A program made the translations under genes and the position numbers. This document shows positions 63,380 to 64,000 of a stretch of DNA of 64,000 nt, in pieces (position 1 is the first letter of the stretch; the number at the start of each line of letters is the position of its first letter). Below the pieces are notes generated by a model. It saw only the letters and a program-made list of their open reading frames with translations, was not told the origin of the DNA and did not search any database. Source of the stretch: Candidatus Poribacteria bacterium (GTDB taxonomy: Bacteria; Poribacteria; WGA-4E; WGA-3G); assembly GCA_965242965.1 (NCBI GenBank), contig OZ251518.1, positions 3,904,001-3,968,000 of the forward strand, in the 5' to 3' direction.

Positions 63380-64000
63380 ATGAAACCGAACATCCTCCTA
63401 CTTATGACGGACCAGCAACGGTGGGATGCAATGGGATGTAGCGGCGACTGGGTGCAAACCCCGAACTTGGACAGGATTGCAAGCGAAGGCGTGCGGTTCA
63501 CGAATTGCGTTACCACATCGCCTGTCTGCATCCCGACGCGACTCAGTTTGGCGACTGGGTTATATCCGCATAACACCGGTGTTTGGAACAACATGCACCA
63601 CCAGATGTCTGCGGAAACGCCGACGTGGATGCAGGCGGTGCGCGATGCCGGCTACCGCACCAGTCTTTTCGGCAAAACGCATCTGCATCCGCACAGCGGC
63701 GATTTGCGCGAACGCGAAGAACTAATGAACGCCTACGGCTTGGACGACGTGGACGAAATCGGCGGACCGCGGGCGAGCGCGAATGTCCTCTCGCACATGA
63801 CTGCGGCGTGGCAAGCGAAAGGGTTATGGGATACCTACCGCGCCGATTATCGCGAACGCTTCAGCAACAAACCGCATGTCGTGCGCCCCTCGGTGCTGCC
63901 GCTAGAAGACTATGCCGATGTCTACGTCGGACAACAGGCGAAGGGGTATCTTGAACGGTATGACAGAGATGAACCGTGGTGCTGCTGGGTGAGTTTCGGC
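63380..64000 (+). CDS. sulfatase (5' part, runs off the window)
   Basis: manual translation MKPNILLLMTDQQR..TPNLDRIA..PVCIPTR (CxPxR formylglycine motif), GKTHL; absent from the ORF track. Confidence 0.9.
   Translation, partial: MKPNILLLMTDQQRWDAMGCSGDWVQTPNLDRIASEGVRFTNCVTTSPVCIPTRLSLATGLYPHNTGVWNNMHHQMSAETPTWMQAVRDAGYRTSLFGKTHLHPHSGDLREREELMNAYGLDDVDEIGGPRASANVLSHMTAAWQAKGLWDTYRADYRERFSNKPHVVRPSVLPLEDYADVYVGQQAKGYLERYDRDEPWCCWVSFG

Overview
A GC-rich bacterial chromosomal segment. The gene families, the C-terminal 'TT(W/F)GxxK' motifs and the REP-rich intergenic DNA suggest Candidatus Poribacteria, but that assignment is inference. It carries housekeeping genes (murA, hisD, purH, aroK, aroB, tatD), many carbohydrate-type enzymes, an nfeD-nfeD-floA-floA-yqfB-like operon, an amidase plus Ala-Glu epimerase, two toxin-antitoxin-like loci with fused antitoxins, a four-gene membrane cluster, an Hfq-like protein with a long N-terminal extension, and two paralogous ~1400-aa secreted lamin-tail-domain proteins. 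The most striking feature is that both giant surface-protein genes sit behind a consensus sigma70 promoter and a short leader ORF ending ACC-CCC-CCY-(4 codons)-CGT-TAA. In both, a -1 shift (one extra C) at the poly-C tract links the leader to the surface gene, by direct fusion in one case and by ATGA coupling in the other. This is a candidate conserved frameshift or phase-variation switch; a homopolymer assembly error is not excluded. Intergenic DNA holds at least five hairpin REP families arranged in ordered composite cassettes. No tRNA, rRNA, CRISPR array or transposase was recognised.
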